DNA from: Acidobacteriaceae bacterium
GTDB taxonomy: Bacteria; Acidobacteriota; Terriglobia; Terriglobales; Acidobacteriaceae
NCBI GenBank assembly: GCA_036498835.1
Contig: DASYEV010000002.1
Span: forward strand, 1,763 to 65,762
Direction: 5' to 3'
Length of the DNA: 64,000 nt
Of the stretch, positions 1 through 7,893 are shown one piece after another. A program made the position numbers and the translations under genes. A model generated the notes under the pieces. The model saw nothing but the letters and a program-made list of their open reading frames with translations, was not told where the DNA came from and made no database searches. Position 1 is the stretch's first letter. The number at the start of each line of letters is the position of its first letter.

Positions 1-246
1 AAGCAGACCCATCACGATTGGCCACCAAATGCTGCTGGTCGGAGCCACGTGGAGAATATCGAACACGTGCGGCACCATGATGCAGGCGATGAGTGTGGGT
101 GCAATCAGCCACGCGGCGACGCCCTGGATGATCCAGTAGATCTCCCAGGACCAGCGCTTGATGCCGCGGAAGGGAATGAAATTGCTGGCCGAGGCGAGAC
201 CGCCCAGCCAGTGGAAGATGACGCCGATGAACGGATTCGGACCCAA
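1..246 (-). CDS. rhaT: L-rhamnose-proton symporter, N-terminal part (gene runs off the left edge)
   Basis: Not in the ORF track. Manual minus-strand translation from TTG at 246 gives GPNPFIGVIFHWLGGLASASNFIPFRGIKRWSWEIYWIIQGVAAWLIAP, matching the RhaT N-terminal pattern (G.F.H..GA.SAA.FY.PFK.VK.WSWE..W). Divergent from the rhamnose isomerase. Confidence 0.85.
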   Translation of the reverse strand, partial: MGPNPFIGVIFHWLGGLASASNFIPFRGIKRWSWEIYWIIQGVAAWLIAPTLIACIMVPHVFDILHVAPTSSIWWPIVMGLL

Positions 247-340
247 CGTTGACCCTCGTAGGAGAATTGGAGGACTGGAGGATACCGCGAGCGCTACACG
301 CCGCGACAGTGCAGCCCATCCTACCTGATCCATGGAAATG

Positions 341-363
341 TATAGAAACTATTTGCCTATTGG
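341..363. promoter_or_regulatory. Candidate operator of the rha-locus regulator, copy 1 (TATAGAAA-N7-CCTATTGG)
   Basis: Near-identical spaced motif at 3022-3044. Lies between the divergent rhaT and isomerase genes. Confidence 0.55.
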
Positions 364-500
364 AGAAACCTGACTGTCCGCAACCGTCAGCTACCTGTAC
401 AAAACGGACGACTCTCTCGCAAAATGGTTTCAATACGTATTATAGTTTCCGTGGAGAAACGAACCCCTTCTCCGTTTTCAATCCAAGGCCAGGTCTTTCC

Positions 501-1688
501 ATGAACGCTGCTGCAAAAAACCGCGTATTTTCCGCTCTCGACGAATTTTCGATCGAGATTCCCTCCTGGGGTTTCGCCAATACCGGAACGCGCTTCGGCA
601 AGTTCCTGCAGGCCGGAGCGGCCACGTCGATTGAAGAGAAGTTTGCCGACGCGGCGGAAGTCCACCGACTGACCGGCGTGACGCCCAGCCTGGCGCTCCA
701 CGTATTGTGGGACCTGCCCAACGGGGTAGGGGACGCGGAACGGATCAAGAAGCTGGCCGCTGAAACGGGTGTTCGCCCGGGGTCCATCAATCCCAACCTG
801 TTTCAGGACGCGGAATACAAGTTCGGCTCCATCTGCAATCCCGATGCTGAAGTTCGCGCCAAGGCGCTGGCGCACCTACTGGATTCGGTGGAGATCGGCA
901 AGGCCGTTGGATCGCCTGAAGTCTCGTTGTGGATTGCCGACGGCTCCAACTATCCGGGCACGCAAAGCATGCGCCGCCGCATCGGCTGGATGAAGGAAGT
1001 TCTTGAGCGCACACATGCGGCCCTGGCTCCCGGCCAGATCATGCTGGTGGAGTACAAGCCCTTTGAACCGGCTTTCTACCATACGGACATTGCCGACTGG
1101 GGTATGGCGCTGGAGCTGGCGCGCGATGCCGGTCCGCAAGCCAAAGTGCTGGTCGATACCGGCCACCACTACCAGGGCACCAACATCGAGCAGATCGTGG
1201 CCTGGCTGCTGGAAGCCAACGCGTTGGGTGGTTTCCACTTCAACGACCGCAAGTATGCCGACGACGATCTCACCATTGGTTCCATCGATCCGTACCAGGT
1301 CTTCCGCATCTTCCATGAGCTGCTGGCCGAAAAGGCTGCACGTGGGAGCCGGCTGCCGGCCTTCATGATCGACCAGAGCCACAACCTCAAGGGCAAGGTC
1401 GAAGCCATGGTCCAGACCGTCGCGACCGCCCAGGAGCTGTTTGCCAAGGCAGCGCTTGTCGATCATGCCGCGCTGGCTGAACTGCAGGATGCATGCCGGC
1501 TTGTCGAAGCGGAAGAGCTGTTCCGCGGCGCGTTCTGGACGGATGTCCGTCCGTTGATGCAGGAGTGGCGCCAAGGCAAAGGTCTTCCGGCCGAACCACT
1601 GACGGCATTGCGTGAGAGCGGTTATGTGGAGCGCATCAGCGCGCAACGCGGCCAGAAGAATGCCCAGGCGCAAAGCTCGTACGCCTGA
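501..1688 (+). CDS. rhaI: L-rhamnose isomerase (xylose-isomerase-like TIM barrel, RhaI type)
   Basis: Motifs IEIPSWGFANTGTRF, ALHVLW, INPNLFQ, EYKPFEP, DTGHHY, HFNDRKYADDDL and MIDQSHN. Start placed at ATG 501; the ORF-track extension from 249 looks non-coding. Confidence 0.88.
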   Translation: MNAAAKNRVFSALDEFSIEIPSWGFANTGTRFGKFLQAGAATSIEEKFADAAEVHRLTGVTPSLALHVLWDLPNGVGDAERIKKLAAETGVRPGSINPNLFQDAEYKFGSICNPDAEVRAKALAHLLDSVEIGKAVGSPEVSLWIADGSNYPGTQSMRRRIGWMKEVLERTHAALAPGQIMLVEYKPFEPAFYHTDIADWGMALELARDAGPQAKVLVDTGHHYQGTNIEQIVAWLLEANALGGFHFNDRKYADDDLTIGSIDPYQVFRIFHELLAEKAARGSRLPAFMIDQSHNLKGKVEAMVQTVATAQELFAKAALVDHAALAELQDACRLVEAEELFRGAFWTDVRPLMQEWRQGKGLPAEPLTALRESGYVERISAQRGQKNAQAQSSYA

Positions 1689-1762
1689 GCCGCATAGGCC
1701 ACAGGAATTTTGAAGACGGAACAGGCGCTCTAGAATCACGGGCTCAGCAATCCATTAGGGAA

Positions 1763-1785
1763 ATTATGAGCTCCTCGCTCATAAT
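1763..1785. promoter_or_regulatory. Perfect 9-bp inverted repeat ATTATGAGC-TCCTC-GCTCATAAT upstream of the regulator gene
   Basis: Seen directly, 38 bp upstream of the ATG at 1824. Function (operator or hairpin) unknown. Confidence 0.35.
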
Positions 1786-1823
1786 GTGAACTGCCGGGAA
1801 GAAGTGATCGCGGCCGAGGTGAA

Positions 1824-2990
1824 ATGGCGCAGAAGGGCAAACCCAAGAGGCTTTATCTGATTCCGGTGCTGACCAAGGCGCTCGATATTCTCGAGCTGCT
1901 GCAGACCGAAAACCAGCCGATGGTGCTGGAAACCATCCACAAGCGGACGAAAATTTCGAAGACCACGGTCTACCGGATTCTCAAGACGCTGGTGCATCGC
2001 GGCTATGTGGGACAGACCGCGGACCGCCACTATCGCCACATCGCGCGGCCTCGCAAGCTGCGCTTCGGGTTCGGCGGCCAGAGTGCGGAAATGCCGTTCT
2101 CGGAAGCTGTGACCGCCAGCCTGCGGGAAGCGGCGACGGCGGTGGGCGTCGACCTGCTGGTGCTGGACAACAAGTACGACGCGGATACCGCCATCCAAAA
2201 TGCGGAAACGTTTATCCGCGAGCGGGTGGACGTCGTCATCGACTTCCAGGTTGAACAGCGAGCGGCGCCGATCATTGCGGACAAGATCTCCGAAGCCAAG
2301 ATTCCGTTGATCGCGGTGGACATCCCACACCCTCATGCGACCTACTTTGGCGTCGACAACTACCGCGCCGGCCTGTACGCGGGCGAGCTGCTGGCCGAGT
2401 TTGCCACCAGCCGCTGGAGCGGCAAGATCGACTGGATGCTCGGGCTGGATATCGAAGAAGCGGGGCCGCTGGTCCAGAGCCGCATTACCGGCGCGTTTGA
2501 AGGCGTGAAGGCAAGACTGTCCAACGTGCCCGTTGAGTCCTATGTGCGCGTGGACGGACGTGGATTGCGGGATAAAAGCCACAAGATCGTGCTGGAATTC
2601 CTCAACCGCCACCCTAAGGACAAGCACATCCTGATCGCGGCAGCAAACGATACCAGCGCTCTGGGTGCGATCGCGGCGTCCCGCGAGCTGGGCAGGGAGC
2701 ACCATGTTGCCGTTGTCGGCCAGGATTGCGTCGAAGAAATGCTGGCGGAGCTGCAGCGTCCCGGCACTCCCGCGGTGGCTTCCATTTCGCACGAAGTGCA
2801 GCAATACGGCCCACGGATCATTGAGCTGGGTTTAGCTCTGTTGCGCGGCGAAACCGTGCCTCCCTACAACTACGCGCAGCACCGCGCGATCACAGCGGAA
2901 ACGCTGAACCGGACACGGCCCGCGGAGACGTCCACTGTGGGCACCTCCGAGGCGAAGGCGGCCGTCAAAACAAAGCGGATGAAGGCTTAA
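1824..2990 (+). CDS. Transcriptional regulator: IclR-type N-terminal HTH fused to a LacI/RbsB-like sugar-binding domain
   Basis: N-terminus IPVLTKALDILELL...ISKTTVYRILKTLVHRGYV is an IclR wHTH. C-terminus (LLVLDNKYDA, VDVVIDF, IPLIAVD, YFGVDNYRAG, AANDTSALGA, VAVVGQD) is a type I periplasmic-binding-protein fold. Confidence 0.85.
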   Translation: MAQKGKPKRLYLIPVLTKALDILELLQTENQPMVLETIHKRTKISKTTVYRILKTLVHRGYVGQTADRHYRHIARPRKLRFGFGGQSAEMPFSEAVTASLREAATAVGVDLLVLDNKYDADTAIQNAETFIRERVDVVIDFQVEQRAAPIIADKISEAKIPLIAVDIPHPHATYFGVDNYRAGLYAGELLAEFATSRWSGKIDWMLGLDIEEAGPLVQSRITGAFEGVKARLSNVPVESYVRVDGRGLRDKSHKIVLEFLNRHPKDKHILIAAANDTSALGAIAASRELGREHHVAVVGQDCVEEMLAELQRPGTPAVASISHEVQQYGPRIIELGLALLRGETVPPYNYAQHRAITAETLNRTRPAETSTVGTSEAKAAVKTKRMKA

Positions 2991-3021
2991 TTCCGGAGAT
3001 TTTTCGGCTCCTTAATTTCTC

Positions 3022-3044
3022 TATAGAAATAGTTGTTCTATTGG
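3022..3044. promoter_or_regulatory. Candidate operator of the rha-locus regulator, copy 2 (TATAGAAA-N7-TCTATTGG; palindromic ATAGAA-N7-TTCTAT)
   Basis: Matches 341-363. About 70 bp upstream of the aldolase/dehydrogenase start at 3117. Confidence 0.55.
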
Positions 3045-3116
3045 TGTTTGGCGTGGCATCATTATCTCGCCGCCGAATTGCACGCCGGAACCCATTTCCA
3101 GAAAGAAACCAACCTC

Positions 3117-5321
3117 ATGAGCACTCCTACCAAGCTGCAATTTCTTGAAGACCGCTGGGACGACGCGGTAGCCGCCACGCTGGATGAACCCGAGTTGTTG
3201 CGTTACCGTTCCAACCTTCTTGGTTCGGATCTGCGGCTGACCAATTTCGGCGGCGGCAACACCAGCTCCAAGCTCGATCAGGTAGACCCGCTCGACGGGC
3301 AGACGAAGAAGGTGTTGTGGGTGAAGGGATCGGGCGGAGACCTGGGCAGCATCAAGCGCTCGGGATTCGCAACGTTGTATCTCGACAAGGTGCTGGCGCT
3401 GGCGAAGAGCTATCACGGTGTGGAGTTTGAGGACGATATCGTTGCGATGTACCCGCTCTGCACGTTCGGCAACAATCCCGTAGCTGCTTCGATCGATACG
3501 CCGCTGCATGGCTTTCTGCCGTTTCCGCACGTCGACCACCTGCACCCGGACTGGGGGATCGCGCTGGCTGCGTCTGCGAACGGCAAGCAGAAGATGGAAG
3601 AGTTCAACAAGCGCTTTGGGCACAAGATGGTCTGGCTTCCGTGGCAGCGTCCGGGCTTTGAGCTGGCCATGATGCTGCAGCGCGCGGTGGCGGAGACCCC
3701 TGGCTGCGATGGCGTCGTGCTCGGCGGCCATGGACTTTTCACCTGGGGCCAGACACAGCGCGAAAGCTACCTGAACACCATCACCATCATTGACCAACTC
3801 GGCCAGTTCGTCTCGGAACACGCCACGAAGAAGGGCGCTAGTTTCGGTGGAGCGAAGCACACCTCCCATGCGGAGCGCGCAACCCTGGCACGGAAACTGA
3901 TGCCGAAGATTCGCGGACGTGTCTCCGCAAAGCAGCGCGTGATTGGCAGCTTCAGCGATGCGCCTGACGTTCTGAACTTTGTAAACTCGAACTCCGCGAA
4001 ACAGCTTGCTCACCTGGGCACGAGCTGCCCTGATCACTTCATCCGCACCAAGATCCGGCCGCTATTTGTGGAGTGGGATCCTTCCACCGAAGCATCGGCG
4101 CTGGAAGCCAAGTTCGACGAGGCGCTGGAAAGCTATCGCGCGGAGTATGCCGAGTACTACAAGGCGCATGCGCTTCCTGAGTCGCCGGCGATGCGCGACG
4201 CCAGCCCAACCGTGGTCCTCGTCCCGGGTGTGGGTATGTTCAGCTTTGGCAAGAACAAGGCGGAGTCGCGTATTACGGGCGAGTTTTATATCAACGCGAT
4301 CCACGTAATGGAGGGTGCGGGCGGCATGGACGAAGGCACGTGTCCTCCGGAGCTTCCGCAGGCCGGAGATGCTGCGCCGACCAGCGCGTTCGCCGTGCAC
4401 GAAAACTATGTAGCGCTGCCGCCCAGCGAGGCGTTCCGCATCGAGTACTGGGCGCTGGAAGAAGCGAAGATTCGCAGGCAGCCGCCGGAGAAAGAACTGA
4501 GCCGCCGTATTGTCCTGGTGGTCGGCGGCGCAAGCGGCATTGGCCGCGAGGTCGTGCTGCTGGCTGCCGAGCGCGGTGCGCACATCGTGGTTGCGGATCT
4601 TTCCGAGGCCGCAGCGCAGAAGGTTGCGGAAGAAGCCAAAGCTATCGGCGGCAAGGAATGCGCGGTGGCGACGGCCATCGACATTCGCAAACGCGACGCC
4701 ATCAACCTGGCGCTTGACGCAGCGGTGGCCGCATTTGGAGGCGTCGACCTGTTGATCAACACGGCGGCCATGTTCCCCTCGTCTCCGGATGGCGTCATCA
4801 GCGATGCGCAGTGGGCGCTGACGCTGGAAGTGAATGTCACGGCCAACTATCTGCTGACGGACGAAGCGGCCAAGGTCTTCAAGACCCAGGGCCTGCCGGG
4901 CAGCGTGGTGCTGACCAGCTCGGCGAATGCGGTCGTTCCCAAGAAGGGTTCGGAAGCGTATGACGTGAGCAAGGCAGCGTTGAGCCATCTGGTGCGCGAG
5001 TTTGCGGTGACCTATGCGCCGTTGCTGCGTGTCAACGGCATCAGCCCCGCCACGGTGGTGAAGGGCTCGACGATGTTCCCGCGCGATCGCGTCAAAGCCT
5101 CTCTCGCAAAATACGACATCCCGTTCGAAGAGAGCATGGATGACGATCAGCTTCGCAACAAGCTGGCCGGGTTCTATGCCAAGCGCACGCTGACCCATGT
5201 GCCCATCGATCCCAAGGACTGCGCGGAAGCCATCCTGTTCATCGGCGGACCCAAGGCTCCGGTAACCACCGGACACCTGATCCCGGTGGACGGCGGTCTG
5301 ACCGAGGCCTATCTGCGATGA
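3117..5321 (+). CDS. rhaD: Bifunctional rhamnulose-1-phosphate aldolase / short-chain (lactaldehyde) dehydrogenase (RhaEW/YuxG type)
   Basis: Class II aldolase motifs GGGNTSSK, VKGSGGDL, DHLHPD and GTSCPDHFIRTK. C-terminal SDR with GGASGIG and YDVSK (YxxxK). Start at ATG 3117. Confidence 0.9.
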   Translation: MSTPTKLQFLEDRWDDAVAATLDEPELLRYRSNLLGSDLRLTNFGGGNTSSKLDQVDPLDGQTKKVLWVKGSGGDLGSIKRSGFATLYLDKVLALAKSYHGVEFEDDIVAMYPLCTFGNNPVAASIDTPLHGFLPFPHVDHLHPDWGIALAASANGKQKMEEFNKRFGHKMVWLPWQRPGFELAMMLQRAVAETPGCDGVVLGGHGLFTWGQTQRESYLNTITIIDQLGQFVSEHATKKGASFGGAKHTSHAERATLARKLMPKIRGRVSAKQRVIGSFSDAPDVLNFVNSNSAKQLAHLGTSCPDHFIRTKIRPLFVEWDPSTEASALEAKFDEALESYRAEYAEYYKAHALPESPAMRDASPTVVLVPGVGMFSFGKNKAESRITGEFYINAIHVMEGAGGMDEGTCPPELPQAGDAAPTSAFAVHENYVALPPSEAFRIEYWALEEAKIRRQPPEKELSRRIVLVVGGASGIGREVVLLAAERGAHIVVADLSEAAAQKVAEEAKAIGGKECAVATAIDIRKRDAINLALDAAVAAFGGVDLLINTAAMFPSSPDGVISDAQWALTLEVNVTANYLLTDEAAKVFKTQGLPGSVVLTSSANAVVPKKGSEAYDVSKAALSHLVREFAVTYAPLLRVNGISPATVVKGSTMFPRDRVKASLAKYDIPFEESMDDDQLRNKLAGFYAKRTLTHVPIDPKDCAEAILFIGGPKAPVTTGHLIPVDGGLTEAYLR

Positions 5322-6754
5322 GCCAGGCTGGCTTGGTGGCTGATGGCCGCGCTCTGGTTGCCATCGACCTGGGTGCGGAAAGCTGCCGTGTGTCGCTGCT
5401 GCGTTGGCACCAGGACGGTCCACGTATGGAGCTCGTGCACCGCTTCCCCAACCATGCGCAGGAACGCCTGGACGGATTGCACTGGGACCTCCAGGGCATT
5501 CTTGCCGGGCTGCAAGCCGGTCTGGCAAAGTGCGCAGAGGTGGCGACCGAAGGCATTCGCTCCATAGGTGTGGACGGATGGGGTGTTGACTACGTCCGGC
5601 TGGATGAGCAGGGAAAGCCGGTGGCGGATCCCTTCTGCTACCGCGATGAGCGTACTATCGCCGCGCAGCAGGGGCTTCACGAACGCATCAGCGAAGAGCG
5701 CATGCGTGAGCTGACCGGGCTGCAGATCCTTCGCCTGAATTCCGTGTACCAGATGTTCGCGGATTCGTCTGAGCTGCGCCACGACCGTTGGTTGCAGTTG
5801 CCGGAGTATGTGCTTTACGCACTGGGCGGCCGTCCGGTGGCGGAGTTCACCAACGCGACCCACACGCAGATGGTCGGCCTCGATGGCAGTTGGTCGGCAG
5901 AGATTCTTCGAGCGGCGGATCTGCCGCTCGAAACCATGCCGGAGCTTGTACCGGCAGGCACGGACGTCGGCGAGTTGAGCGGTGAGACGGCAAAGCTCCC
6001 CGCATTCGCGGGAGCCCGTCTGATCGCACCGGCATGCCATGACACAGCTTCAGCGATCGCGGCGATTCCCGACCAGGGCGATGACTGGGCCTATATCAGT
6101 TCGGGAACGTGGTCGCTGGTGGGGACGCTGCTGGACGCTCCCTTGAATACTCCGGAGGCGCGGGAAGAGAACTTCACCAACCTCGGCGGAGCAGACGGCC
6201 GCATCTGCTTCCATAAAAACGTGAACGGCATGTGGCTTCTGCGGCAGTGCATGGAGTGCTGGGAAACCCAGGGTGTCTCCCATGACATCGCCGATCTCGT
6301 TCGCGGAGCGGCGGGCCGGGCTTCGCTGGGCTATGTGCTCGATGTCGACGACCCTGATCTGTTGCTCCCCGGCCACATGCCGGAACGCATCAACGCACAG
6401 CTTCGCTCGCGGGGCCTCGACACGTTGAACGAACATCCGGACGAAGCGGTCGCCATGGCAGCCTTTCTGTTTCATAGCCTTGCCGGGCGATATGCCGAAG
6501 TTCTCAGCAAGGTAGCGCAGATTACCGGGAAGCCGCTGCGCAAACTGTACATGATGGGCGGAGGCAGCCAGAACGAAATGCTCAACCGCCTGACGGCCGA
6601 AGTGACAGGGCTGGAAGTGATCAAAGCCGGTGTAGAGTGCTCCACCCTGGGCAATTTCTCCGTTCAGCTAGCGACCTTGGAGCAAACCGGCAAAGAAACG
6701 ACGCGTCCCGCAGCCCTATGGGCCTCACGTTTGTCGGCGGCTCCTTCCCAGTAA
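5318..6754 (+). CDS. rhaB: Rhamnulokinase (FGGY family)
   Basis: AIDLGAESCRV, GVDGWGVDY, YRDERT, HDTASA, YISSGTWSLVG, NFTNLGG and KNVNGMWLL. ATGA overlap with the upstream gene. Confidence 0.9.
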   Translation: MSQAGLVADGRALVAIDLGAESCRVSLLRWHQDGPRMELVHRFPNHAQERLDGLHWDLQGILAGLQAGLAKCAEVATEGIRSIGVDGWGVDYVRLDEQGKPVADPFCYRDERTIAAQQGLHERISEERMRELTGLQILRLNSVYQMFADSSELRHDRWLQLPEYVLYALGGRPVAEFTNATHTQMVGLDGSWSAEILRAADLPLETMPELVPAGTDVGELSGETAKLPAFAGARLIAPACHDTASAIAAIPDQGDDWAYISSGTWSLVGTLLDAPLNTPEAREENFTNLGGADGRICFHKNVNGMWLLRQCMECWETQGVSHDIADLVRGAAGRASLGYVLDVDDPDLLLPGHMPERINAQLRSRGLDTLNEHPDEAVAMAAFLFHSLAGRYAEVLSKVAQITGKPLRKLYMMGGGSQNEMLNRLTAEVTGLEVIKAGVECSTLGNFSVQLATLEQTGKETTRPAALWASRLSAAPSQ

Positions 6755-6792
6755 AGCTGGAGACGGGGCTGTCCCGTCCAGCCTTGGTGAAA

Positions 6793-6862
6793 GCATGCCC
6801 TCAGGCGCTGAAGCGCAATGCGCGCTTGGCCTTGGATGTCCGGTCTGAAGACCGGACCTACC
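6793..6862 (-). repeat. REP-like element (CTTCAG-centred hairpin plus GCTTCAGCGCCTGAGGGCATGC arm)
   Basis: The reverse complement GTAGGTCCGGTCTTCAGACCGGAC...GCGCTTCAGCGCCTGAGGGCATGC parallels 42264-42328. Confidence 0.55.
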
Positions 6863-6899
6863 GTGTGGCGGTTGGCCGGTGACATGGGCCGGAGCGTGA

Positions 6900-7029
6900 A
6901 GCAGGTCTCTCCGCTGCGCGTCACGATGAGGCTGTGACGCTTCGGTCGAGATGACAGGGTATGGGTGGTGCGAAGAAACAGCAGATCCCCTACGGGGATG
7001 ACAGAAAGAAAAGCAACAGCAAGAGCAAC
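6900..7029 (+). repeat. GTCATC/GATGACA-type palindromic repeat pair (GGTCTCTCCGCT...CGGTCGAGATGACA plus CAGCAGATCCCC.ACGGGGATGACA)
   Basis: The same two modules recur in both orientations at 45451-45751. Confidence 0.75.
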
Positions 7030-7051
7030 CGCGAAAGGTTTCGCGCATCGC

Positions 7052-7098
7052 AACCTAGAACCTAGAACCTAGAACCTAGAACCTAGAACCTAGAACCT
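7052..7098. repeat. Heptamer tandem repeat (AACCTAG)x6 plus partial copy, abutting the pgsA stop codon
   Basis: Six perfect copies read directly. Confidence 0.95.
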
Positions 7099-7757
7099 CA
7101 GGCCGTCGGCGTAACTTCGCGCTTCTTCCGGCTCAAGACCGAGCCGCGGCGTTTACGCCGGCGCTCGGAGACGTGGTCGATCTTCTTCCAGAAGCCGACG
7201 AAATAGTCGACTGCCGAAATGATGGAGACGATGGTCATCCAGTAGATCGCCATGATGGCGATGAGGTGGACGCCGACCGGAAAACCCCACAGGTTCCACA
7301 TATCCCAGCGATGATTCAGGATGGCTGCGACCACCGAGACGATCTGGATCACGGTTTTGAGCTTGCCGATTTCGCTGGCGTCGATCGTGAAGCCTTCCGA
7401 CGCGGCGATGGAGCGTAACCCGCTGACCAGGAACTCGCGCCCGATGATGAGCACGGCGATCCACGGGGGCACGATGCGAGGGTTATAGGCCACGAGGATG
7501 ATGTAGGCGGCTGTGATCATCAGCTTGTCGGCGAGGGGGTCAAGCAGCATGCCGAGCGTGGTGATCTGTTTGCGCCGCCGGGCCAGATAGCCGTCCAGGC
7601 CGTCGGTGATGGAGGCCAGGATGAAGAGTGAAGACGCAACGGCTTCCTGTTCGCCCGGGAACCGGTTCACGGGTGAGTGCGCCGAAAGCACCCAGATGAG
7701 CAGGGGGACCGAGGCGATTCGGCTGAGCGTGATGGAGTTCGGAAGGTTCACGGCCAC
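7098..7757 (-). CDS. pgsA: CDP-diacylglycerol--glycerol-3-phosphate 3-phosphatidyltransferase
   Basis: NLPNSITLSRI and the CDP-alcohol phosphotransferase motif DGLDGYLARRRKQITTLGMLLDPLADK, plus IIGREFLVSGLR. Confidence 0.93.
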   Translation of the reverse strand: MAVNLPNSITLSRIASVPLLIWVLSAHSPVNRFPGEQEAVASSLFILASITDGLDGYLARRRKQITTLGMLLDPLADKLMITAAYIILVAYNPRIVPPWIAVLIIGREFLVSGLRSIAASEGFTIDASEIGKLKTVIQIVSVVAAILNHRWDMWNLWGFPVGVHLIAIMAIYWMTIVSIISAVDYFVGFWKKIDHVSERRRKRRGSVLSRKKREVTPTA

Positions 7758-7893
7758 ACGCAGGGAACAATGTCATTCTGCCATAACAGGCATGGTGTCT
7801 GTGCATTCTGCAAAGGTGGTACGCGAAGTACCTGTCTTTACACGCTTCTCCGGCCCGGCGTAGGCTGAGTGCAGATTCACCATTCGGGCACAC

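Noticed and set aside
49-500. ORF 49-252(+) and the N-terminal extension of the isomerase ORF from 249
   Set aside because: 49-252 is antisense to rhaT. 249-500 is the AT-richer divergent promoter region, and homology-like sequence begins at ATG 501.
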